Assembly: GCA_036172245.1 (NCBI GenBank)
Contig: JAYWIR010000037.1
Coordinates: 1,488,001-1,552,000 of the forward strand
Direction: 5' to 3'
From: Raillietiella orientalis
Taxonomy: Eukaryota
Length of the DNA: 64,000 nucleotides
Under the pieces are notes generated by a model. It was not told the DNA's origin. It saw nothing but the letters and a program-made list of their open reading frames with translations, and made no database searches. Below are positions 1-12,400 of this stretch, piece by piece (within the stretch, counting starts at the first letter, position 1; each line of letters opens with the position of its first letter). The position numbers and the translations under genes were made by a program.

Positions 1-1300
1 ATCTTCTGGCTTTTAAAAAGATCTTGTTTAATTTCAAAATTTTAGGAGATCTGAATTCTTCGGAAGTTTAATAAAGAAGAGATCAGTAGTCGAAAATTAA
101 AACGCGCAAACGTTTTTGACATTTTCAGAGCTTGAATCCAGAAGAACAACCCCAGAACTGGTATCAATTGCAACAACTCATCTTGGGGAATGAAGGTATT
201 CAGTCTCCAAGACAATACTTATTCAAAAGATCACTGCTAAATAAAATGTGCATACTGATGTCAAGAACAATGTTCGTCATGAACTGAAGCTCCCGTAAAA
301 AGAAAACAGCCAATAACGCAATTAAATAAAAGAATTAATAGGCAATAATTCTAGAAAATAAGGAGAACGAGGTTTAGAAGTGAATAGCTATTGATCAAAA
401 CAGATATGTGATGAGAGGAAAAGTAGATTAGGTGATGGAATATGATGATTTTTATCGGTCACTTGTAAAGAATTCGATAAAGAACCAGAAGTAGTAACAG
501 AATCCACAGACAAGAAATAAATTGACGGCGATCAAAGAAATAAGAAAAGTGTGAAACTTAGCAGTTAGCACTCAGAGAGCTATCATATTCTATTTTGTTT
601 CCACATAGACAGGGCAAGAAGCACTTTGCAGACCTAGAGTTTTGCGAATAGCAAACCTTAATCTCTACCCTAGCAGCTTCTCAAGTGAAAAGACCGCACT
701 GGGTAAAAAGTTGAAGAATGGATTCAGGGAATGATAAAACAATGTGATTCCCGCAAATGATCTGAGGTCCTTGATGTGCTATCCCAAGGACCTCATTTCC
801 CTCTCAGTCAATAGACGAACAAAAGATCGTAACATAAAATGCAAGTTGTTTCCTTATAAGGGGACACGATGGAATCAAAACTGAAAAGAGGGTGAGGAGG
901 GAGCTGCACTCTTTGTTCTTGCATGTGTTTTAAAAAGCAGGATACACTCTAATGTGATTGACATCTGGGAACCATCATTTCTCTGATTTCGGAATAATTT
1001 CATGATACTGACCAGATATTATGTGCAATTTTACTATCTCTAAGAAAACAGTACTGGGAAAGGCCCTTGTGAAAATCAAACTCCGCATTCGAATCGGATG
1101 AAGATGGAGAGCACCTTTCAGGATTGATTTCTGAGGAAGTGTCCAGGAAAGCACGCGATTTCTCCGATCCTGCTATGTTGAGAACCTATCGGGATGGCAG
1201 AAATTATTTTTACAACTGCTTCCTGTTCCTATGCTTGAAGCTCATCGGGTCGTCTCTGCCAAACGGACTCTAACAGGTAAATAAAAACGCACACTGACAC
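1..1300 (-). mobile_element. Decayed L1/Tx1-like non-LTR retrotransposon, APE endonuclease to start of RT, running off the window start
   Basis: Minus-strand reading gives an RTSDH-like APE motif near 760-775 and a degenerate NKSPGPDG-like segment near 200-235. Many stops and frameshifts. Confidence 0.45.
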
Positions 1301-2153
1301 ACACGCACGCGAGAAAAAAAGGAAGCAGAGCGAGCGAGCGATTTATCTCAGAATGCAAATAGCAAATCTGGTTTCACACCTGAGGAAATTCTCACGATCC
1401 CTGGATAAGTTTAGCTCCTTCGATGATAGCATGCTTCCCACTGAGATTGTAAACAAAAGAGTCCAGAAAACCGTCCAGGAATTGGAATTGTCCTTGAAAT
1501 CACAGTGTAAGGTAATGCATCTTCGCAAAGTTATGTATTTTACTGCGGTGCGTATTGAATTCCATTCTTTTATTCCGGTCTGGGTTCTTCCAATCTCGAA
1601 GAGACTCCGCTTTCCATTTGAAATAAGTGCAGACTCTCAATGTGGATCAATGTGGATCTCAAAGAGCTCCCAGATGTTTCAGAAAGTTTGGTTCCGAAGA
1701 GACTTCAGGAACTTTTCTTCTTTCTGCACTTGACTGTGACATGACGGGATTTCGATTATTCAGTGAATCTCGAAGACTTGGGTTCCTTGGCCTCCCTGGA
1801 TTGCATGGACGGAGGAAGAGTGAGTTTGCAGGAAAGCGTAAAAGTTACCAAGTAGCACTCCACTGAAACTGGAATCATACCGGTCTTCAAGAGGATTTTC
1901 TATTTCCCCCCTCAAAATAAATGCGCTCTTCACGTTGCTGTGTAATTTCGTGTTCAAACGTTGTTGGCTCCTGCAAAGCCTCCCAACTGAAGTGAGCTTG
2001 AGAATCAGATCGATCTTGCAAACATCCAACTCCCTACTCAAGCGCCACTTTCAAATTTTAATGTGGAATAAACGAGAAAGCAAACGTTCACACCATCAAA
2101 GCGTACTGTATTGGACGCAGATAGAAACACGAAAAGCCACGCTGCTTTGAACC

Positions 2154-2178
2154 TTTTTTTTTTTTTTTTTTTTTTTTT
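2154..2178. repeat. Poly(T)25 tract
   Basis: Seen directly; AACCT(T) lies on both sides (2150 and 2179). Confidence 0.95.
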
Positions 2179-2399
2179 AACCTTCGCTATTTTGTATTCT
2201 CAACTTTCTATTTCGTGTTCATAGGAAACCGTTTTTATACTAGAGCTTCGATTCTGTTGCGTACACGGAAGACAGGAATGTGTTGCATTTTTTGCCAGTT
2301 TTTTTTCATATGAATTTATTTATGGTTAATGCAACCAGATCCATCACTCGTCCAGATGGGGAAAATTATGATGGGCTTATTCACTCGTGGTATATTGGG

Positions 2400-4070
2400 A
2401 GATCAGTTTCAATTGTGACGACCATGATTACTTACCTTGATGAACGAATATGAGTTTTCAGTTCCATCAGTAAGATGATGACAAAAGTACTAACAATATG
2501 GCAATAAGTTGAAATTGGGGAAAAACAACGAGACACTGCGAAATGTACACCATAATTCGAATAATCTTGCTGGCCATACCGGCCATAATAGGTGCCTTCG
2601 AAGTTGCGAACTCCTGCTGGAAGCACCTGATGTACTTTTCCTACGATTAAACAGTTTCAGAGTTCGAGTTCCTCCAGTATTTTCCATAATACTCTTCCCA
2701 GTATTCCAGTTAAGAAAAGGCCGAAGATGCAAATTCATGAATCACCGTTAGCCAGATACTCCTAATCATCATCTTCCATTCACAATAGTCCTCGCCAGTC
2801 TTTGAGTCACCGGAAGATGAGCAAAAATTACCTTATGATTAGACTGTTGACGACACAAATCCCCATAATTTATCCTCACAGACTCTGTCAATCCTGGTCC
2901 TATCCCGCTATATTAGGATCCATCACCATGCTCCTATCTGATCGAAATTTTAATGCATCATTCTTTGATCACACAACAGGGGAGGACTCTGTCCTATATT
3001 GTGGAAGCTCATCCTTTACAAATCACGCTTCTTCTCACATTAAGAAGGTCTCCTGTTATCAAGGATTCCATGTGCGAAGGTTTTCAATTTATGCCCAAAC
3101 GTGTTTTTCAGAAGTACAATGTTTTCTCTATTCATCTTGCCATTCGTTCAGATTTATAACTTATTCGCAGCGAATTCAGAAATTCAAACTTTATCCTTTC
3201 ACATGTATGTGGGTGACCTTCCAATGCCTGAATCTTTCGTGATAAAGCAGGCTCGCACTGATATGATCTGCTCGATGATCCCAAAGAAAAGTGGTCTTCG
3301 TCTAAGGAAACTTGATGACACCTGGCCGGTTGTTTGAGAGGCAGTTTTTAAGTGGTTCGACTTCTTTGTGTGATCAGACTCGCACGAAACTCTTGAAATC
3401 CCATCCGAAGCTCTCGAGTACCATTAGTGGAAGAAGTTTATCGAATTGCGTGCTTCAAATTTCTGCAATCTTCAGGACGTTTTCCTGATTTCCCCACTGT
3501 CCTTCCACTGCTCCAGCAAATCCGAGTGAGACTTTTATGGCATGCTTTCATGGAAGGAGCTTTGTGATCACTCTTAAATTTTCCATCACCAAATTGACGA
3601 GAAAATTTGATACCAAGAGTTCAAGCATTTTCAAAGGGATAAAAGGTTTAGCTCCAAATCTTTATCCGACGCTGAAAATGAGATGGACATTGAATTTATT
3701 TATTATTGAATTTATTCCAGAAGTTCATCGTAATTTCGTCCAAATCAAGAGAGATTCCATTCCTCTGTTTCCTTCTGCTTTTCAGGAAGGGTTGCCTGAG
3801 CTTGCAGACAGATTGCCAGTAGGAAGTTGAATGTGATTCGATCAATATATGATGAGGTAGCTAAGATAAGAAAATACATGTGCAGCGATGATGGAGTCTT
3901 CCATTTAAAATTCAAAAATTCATTTTCAAGCTGATGACGATTTGTCTCTCGATTGAACGGAATGGCAGAGGATACTCGTCTTTGAAACTGTCTACACGAT
4001 GTCTCCCTTTCACTCACATTCTGCAAAAATCGAAATTGTCCGGGGGCTGTAACTGTTCGCATAGCTGCCT
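2400..4070 (-). mobile_element. Decayed L1/Tx1-like ORF2 remnant (RT to C-terminal zinc-binding region)
   Basis: Minus-strand motifs in the expected order: TAPG (~4050), LLGIKF-like (~3620), FLW (~3285), HGILITGDLL (~3045-3075). Confidence 0.5.
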
Positions 4071-4071
4071 A

Positions 4072-5950
4072 TGTTTTAACACGCTTACTCTGGGATGTTT
4101 ATTTAAAAATAAAGAAACACACAAATCACTGGGAACTCAGTTCCCAGAAATCAATGACAACAACAACAACAACAAGTTGCCAGAGAATGACCACCGCCCT
4201 TTCAAGAGAGTTCGGAGTAGGAATGGGGAGGCAATAAATAATTGAAAAAAAGGGGGGATAAGGACAGGGGTCTTTGGTGTTGTCAAGTGTTTTCTCCCTA
4301 GAGTTGGAGCTGGATGCAAGCGATCTCTCTGACGATTTCTTGGAGGTGAGGCCACCTTTCAGCCATCCTCATCAATGCAGCTGCCGTGCAGGTGGTCCTC
4401 CTTCGTCTGCGCCTCAGGCACACGGCGAGTTGTGACGGTGGTGCGGATGCAACAGATCACTGCGACCACGGTGGCTGCCGTAAGTCTTCTTTGCGTGAAG
4501 AAACACCACCGCATCACATCCATTGCGGTGTCCTCCGGTTTGTAGAGCGTCAAAGACAGCCTCTTGAAGAGTTCCTCGAGGACACTGCACTCTCCCAAGA
4601 GGTGCGGAAACGATCCCATCGCCCCACACCTTGAGCAATTTGGGGTGCAGCTTCCCCGGAAACCAGGTGCCTGCGCTGATTGTGCAATCCCCGGTGCAGA
4701 ACATCCCGTTTCCACCGCTACGGGAGTATTGCAGTGTACAAAGAAGGGACTTTGACTTCTTCGGAGATCGCACTCAGCAGCTCGCTGCACAGTTCTTTTG
4801 CCCGAGAATGAGCAGTGGCAACATCCACCAACTCATTTGTCTTCCAGCCATCAAGAAATTTTTCTACTCCTTCAGTTTTGCAAGAGAACTCTTACTCGCT
4901 TTTCGACGGCTATCATTGTCTGTCCATTGGGCAGACGGTGCTGCGGCTAAAGGTGCGATGGCTATCCGGGACCATTGGGTTCAGTCCTGTAGGATATCTC
5001 CCCCAGGTTAGGAAAAAATGTTGCCTGTGCAGCCGTGCGGCGAGGGCAATCGACGAGGGGAGGAGTTGCAAGCTCATCCAGAAGCGTCTCATAGACCAGT
5101 GCGTGCACAGAATGCAGAACATGACCAGGGTCTTCAGTGACGTCGGGCAGAGGCTGAAAAGCTACGAACATGCAAGCAGGAGTTTCGCACAGATGAGGCG
5201 GCGCTCGAAATGTCACGGAGCAGCTCCATCGCCGAAAGTTTGAGGTAGAGAGTCGATTTGTGGTGAGTGGTCGATTTCTAGTATTGATTTAGTAAGTGAT
5301 TCTGTACCGCTGCAAGTTCCTCGTATCAGCTCATCTCTGCTCAGAGATTTACCAGGAGCATCGATACTACCCGATGCTACTGCTCAAGGTTATTTGTTTT
5401 CTCTTTGCTTCTGGAAACTGTACAGCTTGTTCGGAAATTCCAAGCATCACTCCTCGTGTAGACGATAGGGGATGAACCATGCCCTATCGTCCACTATTCC
5501 TTCCACATCTACCGTTTACAGCCTGCATGAATGCAAACTTCCAGCGTTAAATTGTGCTCCAGAGTAACCGACGTTTGCTCAAAAGTCGCTGCAATATATT
5601 GGTCTGGTCTCACTCCGGAGGAATGATCGTCTTGACCTCGAACCGATGTAAGTGTTGTGATGACTGAAAGTGCTTGGAGCTGTTAGGAAACAACAACTAA
5701 AAGGGCAAGACGAAAGTACGGCAGGTCATTCATCTGTCTGCTTGCAGTTGATGAAACGGCATGTTTCCAGACGCTTGGCTGACTGTTAAGTGTGGTACAA
5801 TGCTCATGTTCATTTGATTTCCAGCTTCCAAGAAGTTTAGCCCTTCATCTCGGAAATGCTGTTGAAAATCTCACCAGAATTTACAGTGTGAAGTCTTACT
5901 GAAAAGCGATCACTTGAGCTGTGGTTGGTTTCAAGCTGAAAATCCAAAAG
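4072..5950 (-). mobile_element. Family A L1/Tx1-like element, old copy (RT remnant plus C-terminus and 3' UTR)
   Basis: ORF 4359-4790 contains NCSRCG...FPHLLGECSVLEELFKRL, homologous to 28420/52261. The 3' UTR shares AAAGACCCCTGTCC (4261-4276) and a decayed AATAAA terminus at ~4072-4103. An NG...G...PLS RT motif lies at 5460-5520. Confidence 0.75.
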
Positions 5951-8900
5951 CACCGAGGTACTCTCTATTAATTTTCTTCTGCTTCAGGAACAGACTTTTG
6001 GACTACAAGCAATGTGAATTTGCAGGCTTTGCTTCAATGACGTGTTTTTTTCCATAGTTTGGTTCTTCTATCAATAACTTCTCCAGCCTCGTTTGACAGA
6101 ATATATGGTTCTATTTATTCTATTCTGTTCTCCATAGGATCATTTGTTTTTTATCGTTCTGATTTTATCCTGTTATGTTTTTTATCCTGCTGATCTAATG
6201 CTTGAAGTTCAAACGGTGCTTCTTTGGATTCGACTTATTGGAAATACTGTGCTGCTCCAAAAACAGACGAAGAAAATTTAAAAAAATAATGACATTTATC
6301 CTGTTTAATTGCTATTCTTTGATTGAGCTCGAAATTCAATTTTCTATCGTGCAGCTCCTGCTTGCTTTACTCTTTCCCTTTTTCATACTTTCGTTTATTT
6401 ACCACTCATTTGAAAGTCACAAGAATAAGGCAACCCAAAGAGTGTCCAAGGATTGCCTCAATTTAATCCTTCCCAACACAAAAGTAGTCCTGCAGCGCTA
6501 ATACGTATATTGACGAGTTGTATAGAATTCTTTTACTTTGTGGAACCAGCCAGTTCCCATGCAAACATGTCAAGACCTCAGATATTTGCAATTCACTTTT
6601 GCAATCAACAAACCGCTTTGCTACCATCTTAGAGCTACTCTGCTTCGAAAATGAATGTTCAGTACCACGTGTAGTTTAAGATTTAAAATTTGACATTGGC
6701 GCATCACCACCCAATGTCATGGGTTTCTGAAAAGTTTATGATTTTTCTATTTCCTCAGCTTCCAAAGTTCACGTAATTGCTAGTCCTGGCACCGTGTATA
6801 CTGGCAGTTGCCATTCTTAAAGATTCGTTTATTTTGATCCCATCAAGATCCTTCGTGCTTTTCACTGTTTTATCATATCTCTAATCGGAACTTTTTCTTT
6901 GGAAATTTTTGGGGATCATTAGGTGAAGTCAAATAGAAATTATCCAGCGAAGATGGATGCCTTCTTCCATATCTGCGTTTCGTGCTTTCTGGATGCTCTG
7001 CATTAGCCAAGATGCTTCACTGAATTGCTTTTAAGCTATTGTGCAATTGCGAGCCTTTTCGTTCTTTTCTAAAATTCGCTAGTCACTGAATTAAATTGAT
7101 GTTCTTATTAAATCAGCAGATTTTAATTTGTTCACACTGTTTAGAATGCAATTTAGCTGCCTTCTCATATTCCTGTGATTTTTTTCACTGTCATCAAAAG
7201 AACAGTTATTTCTGAGAGAGAGGAACCTACCCATTGAAACTACTGCGTGTTGAATCTGTATCACATAAAGGATCAACTCTGAGATCAGTTGTTCACCAAT
7301 TTCGTTATCCATCATTCAGCCCCTTCAACGTCAGCGTACAGTAAAAATGATGGCTCCTGAGAAAGCACGAAAAGATTTGTAGTGATAATACATATACACA
7401 ACTCGGCCACGGTAAGAAACTTGAGGCCGTAGTAGAAGGATTCTCACTCCACCATCAATAAAATTTAGTCATGTTTTGTGATGGAACGCGTATCAGAATT
7501 CCAAAATGATCGATTTCATTATCTGCTCCACGTGGAGGATGAACAGATCAGAATCTAGTTAGAAATTTTCATTTTTAAGCGACGATACACCACTGATAAC
7601 ACATTACTCCTAATTCATAGAAAATGATCCAGAATGCAACGGTGATCGTCTAGGAGCCGGAACGTGTGTTTCCCAAACTGTTATCGGGAGAAATAGCGAG
7701 AAAACGGAGGAAAGCCGCAGCGCAAAATACTTTGTTGAAACCCAAATGTTCATCCCCTGCTCCAGAGTCCCTTTGTGCCACGCTCCCTGTACTCTTGCAT
7801 TGATTTTTTAAATTTTCAGCTACCCAAGGAAGTCCGACACGAAAAGCAAAGAGGCAGTGGGGTTTTGAACCGGATGCTGTTAGTCGTAGGGAGCATTTTC
7901 GAACGGACCCGCTCTTATGGGAACAACTGAAGAATTTTGACTGCCACTGGGACAGCAACCGATAATAAGACTTTGCCTTCATCCGCCCGAAAAACGAAGC
8001 CTTGTGCTTCACAACTGCATTACAAAAAGTTGCGGAAAATTCACCACCACCAACTTCCTTTGCTATGTCCCTGGAAGACCTCTGTCTCTCCATTCTTCCA
8101 TTACGCCATTAGACGTAGATGTAATGGCAGTCAAAGAGACGGGGAAAGTATATTATTTCATTTAAAAAGAAAAAGCTATTAAGGAACGAGGGTAACCATA
8201 GAATGGGCAGAAAAATAGCCGCAGTTTTTTTTTAGACTGGAATGTGCTCTACCCATCTTGTACAACCGCATGTACACAGCGTCTTTTCCTGATACAGCGA
8301 ATCTTTTACGACATGTCAATATATTTCCCTCATCAATGCATGCTGACAGCACACGAAATAGTAGTCGGCATCGGCATGTGGGTCATCAGGACGGGTACGA
8401 AAGGTTTCAAAGCACAACTCAGCCGGAAGTTTGGAGCGAAATGCTGGCAGAAATCGCGAGTAAGAACACGTTGGAGAACACACAGTTGGAGAACACGAAA
8501 TCCAAGCTGCTTTTCCGGAGGTTATGAACATAAGTGGAAAGTTTGAAGGCTTAGTGGAATCAGTTTGTTGGCGCTCGGAATTTGCAATGGTCCAATTTTC
8601 TTTTGAGATCGGAGATGGAATGCTCCAATGTTAAAAAGTTTCTTTGTGAAGAATGAGACTCAGAGAGAAAGGATTCAGTAGAGCCATTGATGCCAACTTT
8701 TCGTGGAAGAGGGATTTATCTTTTTTTCGGTGGATTTTTGTATTGGAGAGATTCTTCAAAGAGGACAAATAGGAAGAATTTCAAAACGAAAATCAAAAGT
8801 GCAATAGTCCTTGGATGCACCTATGAGCTGAATTAAGTTTTTTTCAAATATGCCATCGTGCAGTGAGATGCTCTCTGTCCGTCCGGACATTGGCTACTCT

Positions 8901-9082
8901 GCTGTTCTCGCAGATGAAAGCGTTGACTGCGAAAACGCATTTCGATAATGTCAAAAGTTCTTCACGATTAACTGCGAATACTGAATTTTCGAACGATTTG
9001 CTCGCCATTTTACGTTAAATCGACAGAACCCGAATGAGTTTTCCCTGCCTGGAATACTGAAGGATTAAGTTTAATGAGGAAG

Positions 9083-9720
9083 TCAATGGAAACATTTGAT
9101 GGCGATGAAAACATCGCAAGTCGATGGCTTCCATGCATCGATGCGGTGATCCGGTAAAGAAGTTGGGACAAGCATTGCAGATGTGCTGTCAGATGTATGC
9201 TTCAGGGACGTGGCAGAGCCAACGAGATGAACGTCCTTGAAAGCTCTCGCTCTCTGCTTATTCTCGGTGGAATCCAGATGAGAGCGTGAGCATTTGTAGA
9301 TCACTCTCGGTAGCATCCACAGTGGCACTCTGCTCCCTGAGTCACTGTGGGCCTTTACAACATCTCCAAAGGCAGGGGCTGGTCGCTCGCGCAGTCGTTG
9401 CTATCGACGTCATCCAAGAAAGTCTTTGCAGAAGGATAGCCAGACGAAACACTCTTCTCGATGCACCCACATTCCGTTTGCTTTGGTAGCCTCAAGCGCT
9501 GGTTCTTGGTATGTTCCAAGGAAGCTGTTGTGTTCCGATCGTGCCTGGCTCGATCCATCGTCAGGTACTGGGTGCTGCAAACGGTTCACCTCCCACTGAA
9601 TGTGTGTAGTAGCACGGAAGAAAAAGCATCCGGTCATCCAGATGCACCTCGATGCAAGAGACCATGCAGGAGAAAAAGTGCACTCAGCTTCCCTGAACGC
9701 CATGCTGCGGCGCACATCTA
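9083..9720 (-). mobile_element. Very decayed C-terminal fragment of a family A-related LINE
   Basis: HIQWEVNRLQH and TECGCIE resemble FIHWEFQCNERRH and CARCGSTE of the 62.8 kb copy. Weak. Confidence 0.4.
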
Positions 9721-9779
9721 TCGGAAGAAAATGAAGTGAGCAACTTGATCCACAAGCCTGAGAGACTGGAAAAGAGGGT

Positions 9780-10250
9780 GAGAGAGAACCAAGAAGTCAC
9801 AAGTTGTCACTTGCGAGGAAGAAGTGGAAGGGGCTATCCACTTTACGACTTATCGAGTCCGAGTGCAATGCAAAAAGAAGTCTTTCACCATTCTACCTTC
9901 CAGATGAGAATGGGAGAGAAGTTTTCCTATCATCATCATCACAGAGCCCTTTAGCGTGTTTGGGTGCTAGTTCGGATGAAACGAAGTCACGACTAGAAGT
10001 CCGTTGATCGTAAAGCAACTCCATACAGGAGTTGCTTTCGCTTCTAGAGGATCCCTGCCAAAGTTTTCCATCCTTGTCGAGGGAAGCTGCAGTCCAACAA
10101 GAGATAGAGAAACGGCTCGATCGTTTCGTGCTTGGTACAGTCTCTCCTTCTTGTCCAGAACTGCCAGAGTCTTGTGGAGTGTGAAGAAGAGGGTGATGAG
10201 AATCCCGAAGCAGTTATTTGGCAGTTGTTAAAACGAGGTTTCTTGGTGAT
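9780..10250 (-). mobile_element. Family A LINE C-terminal part (3' half of the copy split by the H3/28S block)
   Basis: Minus strand 10130-10060 reads ETIEPFLYLLLDCSFPRQGWKTLA versus ETLPHLLLDCSVLQGLWRRLA. A CTRAIDKA-like nucleotide match lies near 9850-9875. Confidence 0.65.
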
Positions 10251-10255
10251 CAGTC

Positions 10256-10491
10256 ATGATTCTCACGAAGCGAGCTGCGCGTAAGAGTACTGGTGGTAAG
10301 GCACCATGGAAGCAGTTTGCAAAGAAGGAGGCTCGCAAGAGTGCTACAACTATGGGAGGTGTGAAGAAGCTTCTTAGTTACCGACCAGAAACAACTGCCT
10401 TACGGTAGATTTGTCGTTACCAGAACATGGAACATCCGATTCGCAAGTTGCGTTTTCAACATCCAGTGAGCGAAAAGATGAAGATTTCAAG
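10256..10491 (+). pseudogene. H3: Histone H3 pseudogene, 5' part (codons 1 to ~79)
   Basis: Reads [72 protein letters not shown], then a frameshift to DFK. Colinear with canonical [57 protein letters not shown]... Confidence 0.95.
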
Positions 10492-10494
10492 AAG

Positions 10495-11227
10495 GAGGGA
10501 CGTTTCCAATGCTCGGCCCTTTAAAAAGCCAGCGAGGCTACCTCTCTGGGGAACTGGGATCGACTGAATCGTGTTCAAAGGCTGTTCGCATGGAACCCTC
10601 TTCCCACATCAGACCTCCAGGATCTCTAGGGAATATTCGCTGTCACCTCCAAGATCTGCTCCGATCGCGGCTCTAGGCGAGTTCCTGTCCAAACCCTTCT
10701 GCGCTCACCGTTGCGACCCTCCTACTCCCTGAAACCTGAGGAACCTGCCGTTCTCCGATGACCGTGCATCGGAAGGCAGAAACGTCTCGGTCTTAGCGGT
10801 CGGCTGTAGGGTCGGAGTTTGAGCGCCATCCGTTTTCTGGGGCAGTTGCTTCCTCAGGAGAGTCGTTGAACATTCCTCAGCAGATTTCGAGTTCCATGGC
10901 CACAGTCCCGCTCTCTATAGCAACCAACACCTTTCATGGGATCTGATGAGTGTTGCATCGGGCGCCGTAAGTCCCCGAGGTAGCGCCAGTTATGCTTGCC
11001 AAAATGAATCCACTGGGTGCTTATGAATCCGACAGTCGAGCTGCAGCAATCAAACAAGCCGGTGACTGACCATTGAAAGTTTGAGAACAGGTTGAGGTCA
11101 TTTCCACCCTAAGGTCTCGAATCATTCGCTTTACCGAACGAGCCTCGGTTCTCCTTCCATTTTGGCTAGCGCCAGCTATCCTCAGAGAAAATTGGGAAAG
11201 AATTAGCGGTTGCTAGATGATTCGATT
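10495..11227 (-). rRNA. 28S rRNA: Decayed internal fragment (~730 bp) of 28S/LSU rRNA; non-functional copy
   Basis: The plus strand matches the reverse complement of conserved LSU blocks in order: GGATCGACTGA, CCAAGATCTGC, CCCTCCTACTC, AGCGCCATCC, TTCCATGGCCAC, CAACCAACACCTTT, AAAGTTTGAGAA.AGGTTGAG, AATCATTCGCTTTACCG, GCGCCAGCTATCCT, CTAGATG.TTCGATT. Many substitutions fall in invariant positions. Confidence 0.95.
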
Positions 11228-11337
11228 TGATCAGCCTCTTCGGAGACACGAGTGTGTGCCTCATTCATGGCAAGCTTGCAACCATCGCGCCGGAAGATGT
11301 TCAGCTGACTCGCTGCGTCTGCGTCGAGCATGCTGAA
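11227..11337 (+). pseudogene. H3: Histone H3 pseudogene, 3' part (last 36 codons; stop position now GAA)
   Basis: LISLFGDTSVCLIHGKLATIAPEDVQLTRCVCVEHA versus [36 protein letters not shown], 18/36 identical and ungapped. Confidence 0.92.
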
Positions 11338-11339
11338 GA

Positions 11340-12400
11340 ACCGACGAATAGCGTTCGCTTGTTGCTCAAGAGAGGTTTTCACTACAGGTTGGAGTCCTGT
11401 TTCGTCGGGGAGCTCATTGTAAGCAGCGAACGCACCTCCATGCAAATTGAAGGCAGTTGCCATGTAGTCAGACTGCTGGCAGGAGAGATCCACTTTGCAA
11501 ACCTCTCCGGCCACTTGAGGAAGGGAAAAGACATGGAAAAAATGAATATATGTGGCATCCTTGAGTAGGGTATTGCAGAGTATTGAGGTATGGTAGATTA
11601 GTAGCAGGTGAGTTGCAGGCAACCAGCAGTAGCTGAACATCAATACAAAAAAGATCCGCGAGACGAGGACGGCGTTATCTTCAGAAGTAAATACAAAGAC
11701 AAAAGTGTGCAGTAAATCTCAAAAATGCACATGTGGGAAGAGAACAAACCACGTGTAATACACACAGGAGAAGACACTGTTTTGCTTACCGGCAACTCAG
11801 GAAACGAGTTCAAGAGGGACTCTCAGTGCTACGTGCTAATCAAGCTCTCTGAAAGATGGTATCTGATCAAGTTGTCAGCGATGGTTGGAGAAGGTGGCTG
11901 CGACTCACATCGACAAGCCAATACTTAGTGGAAGAATTTAAGATCCTTTGGCCCTTGAAGGAAATGTGATAGCAGCTGAGTTATTCCTCAAAAGCGACGT
12001 ATATGGAACAGAAGCTTGCCAAGGAACTTGTGGATTCTTTGAGCCACCTGCAGACTTCATGGTGCTCCTTGGAAACCCAGTAGTAGAGATTCCAACAGGG
12101 TTTCACCTACAAAGTATCTTGCAATGAAAACGAAACCCTTGGTTCCAATGCGGCTCCTGAGCACTTCGGGAAAAGCGACCTCTGTTAAGGCACGAATCAT
12201 TATTACTAACAAGAGGACAGTGAATCCATACAATCTCTCTGATGTTTCCTGGTACAGACAGTTCAGGTTCTCTGGAGCTCAAAGCACAACCGGAAAATTC
12301 CATCCGGCTCTAAGCTCGTGTGCTTTCCACTGTCTGACGACATGGATGGAAAGTGCAGCATCTTCGTCCTAGTCTAATCCTAGGGCAAGCTGTTTTGAAA
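11340..12400 (-). mobile_element. Family A LINE, RT/thumb and post-RT part (5' half of the copy split by the H3/28S block)
   Basis: Minus-strand nucleotide patches align in order with 62160-62730 (CTCT.GAAC, CCTGTGTG...GTGG, GTTC.GCT...GCAACTC.CCT, GCCGG.GAGG, GCGAAC). Degenerate LDxxxA, LLLVIMIRAL and ISFKG RT-region motifs lie at 11950-12380. Confidence 0.55.

Noticed and set aside
9400..9600. R2/RLE-type RHD motif next to the 28S fragment
   Set aside because: There is no CCHC knuckle in frame and no PD..D motif. The 28S piece does not include the R2 target site, and the region fits family A better.
9800..10200. H2B-like patches (KQLH...S, R..ETA)
   Set aside because: The minus strand reads YLLLDCS...W..LA, the family A zinc-binding motif, so the H2B resemblance is coincidental.
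10495..11227. Functional rDNA unit
   Set aside because: It is only an internal fragment with many changes at invariant positions, and no 18S, 5.8S or remaining 28S is present.
11340..11800. Apparent H4 (HAK..V.AM) and H2A (LRKG, ELAGN, RYLQ, VLL) remnants following H3, suggesting a fused histone cluster
   Set aside because: The opposite strand aligns colinearly with family A LINE sequence at 62160-62730, which explains the same bases. The histone motifs need several ad hoc frameshifts.
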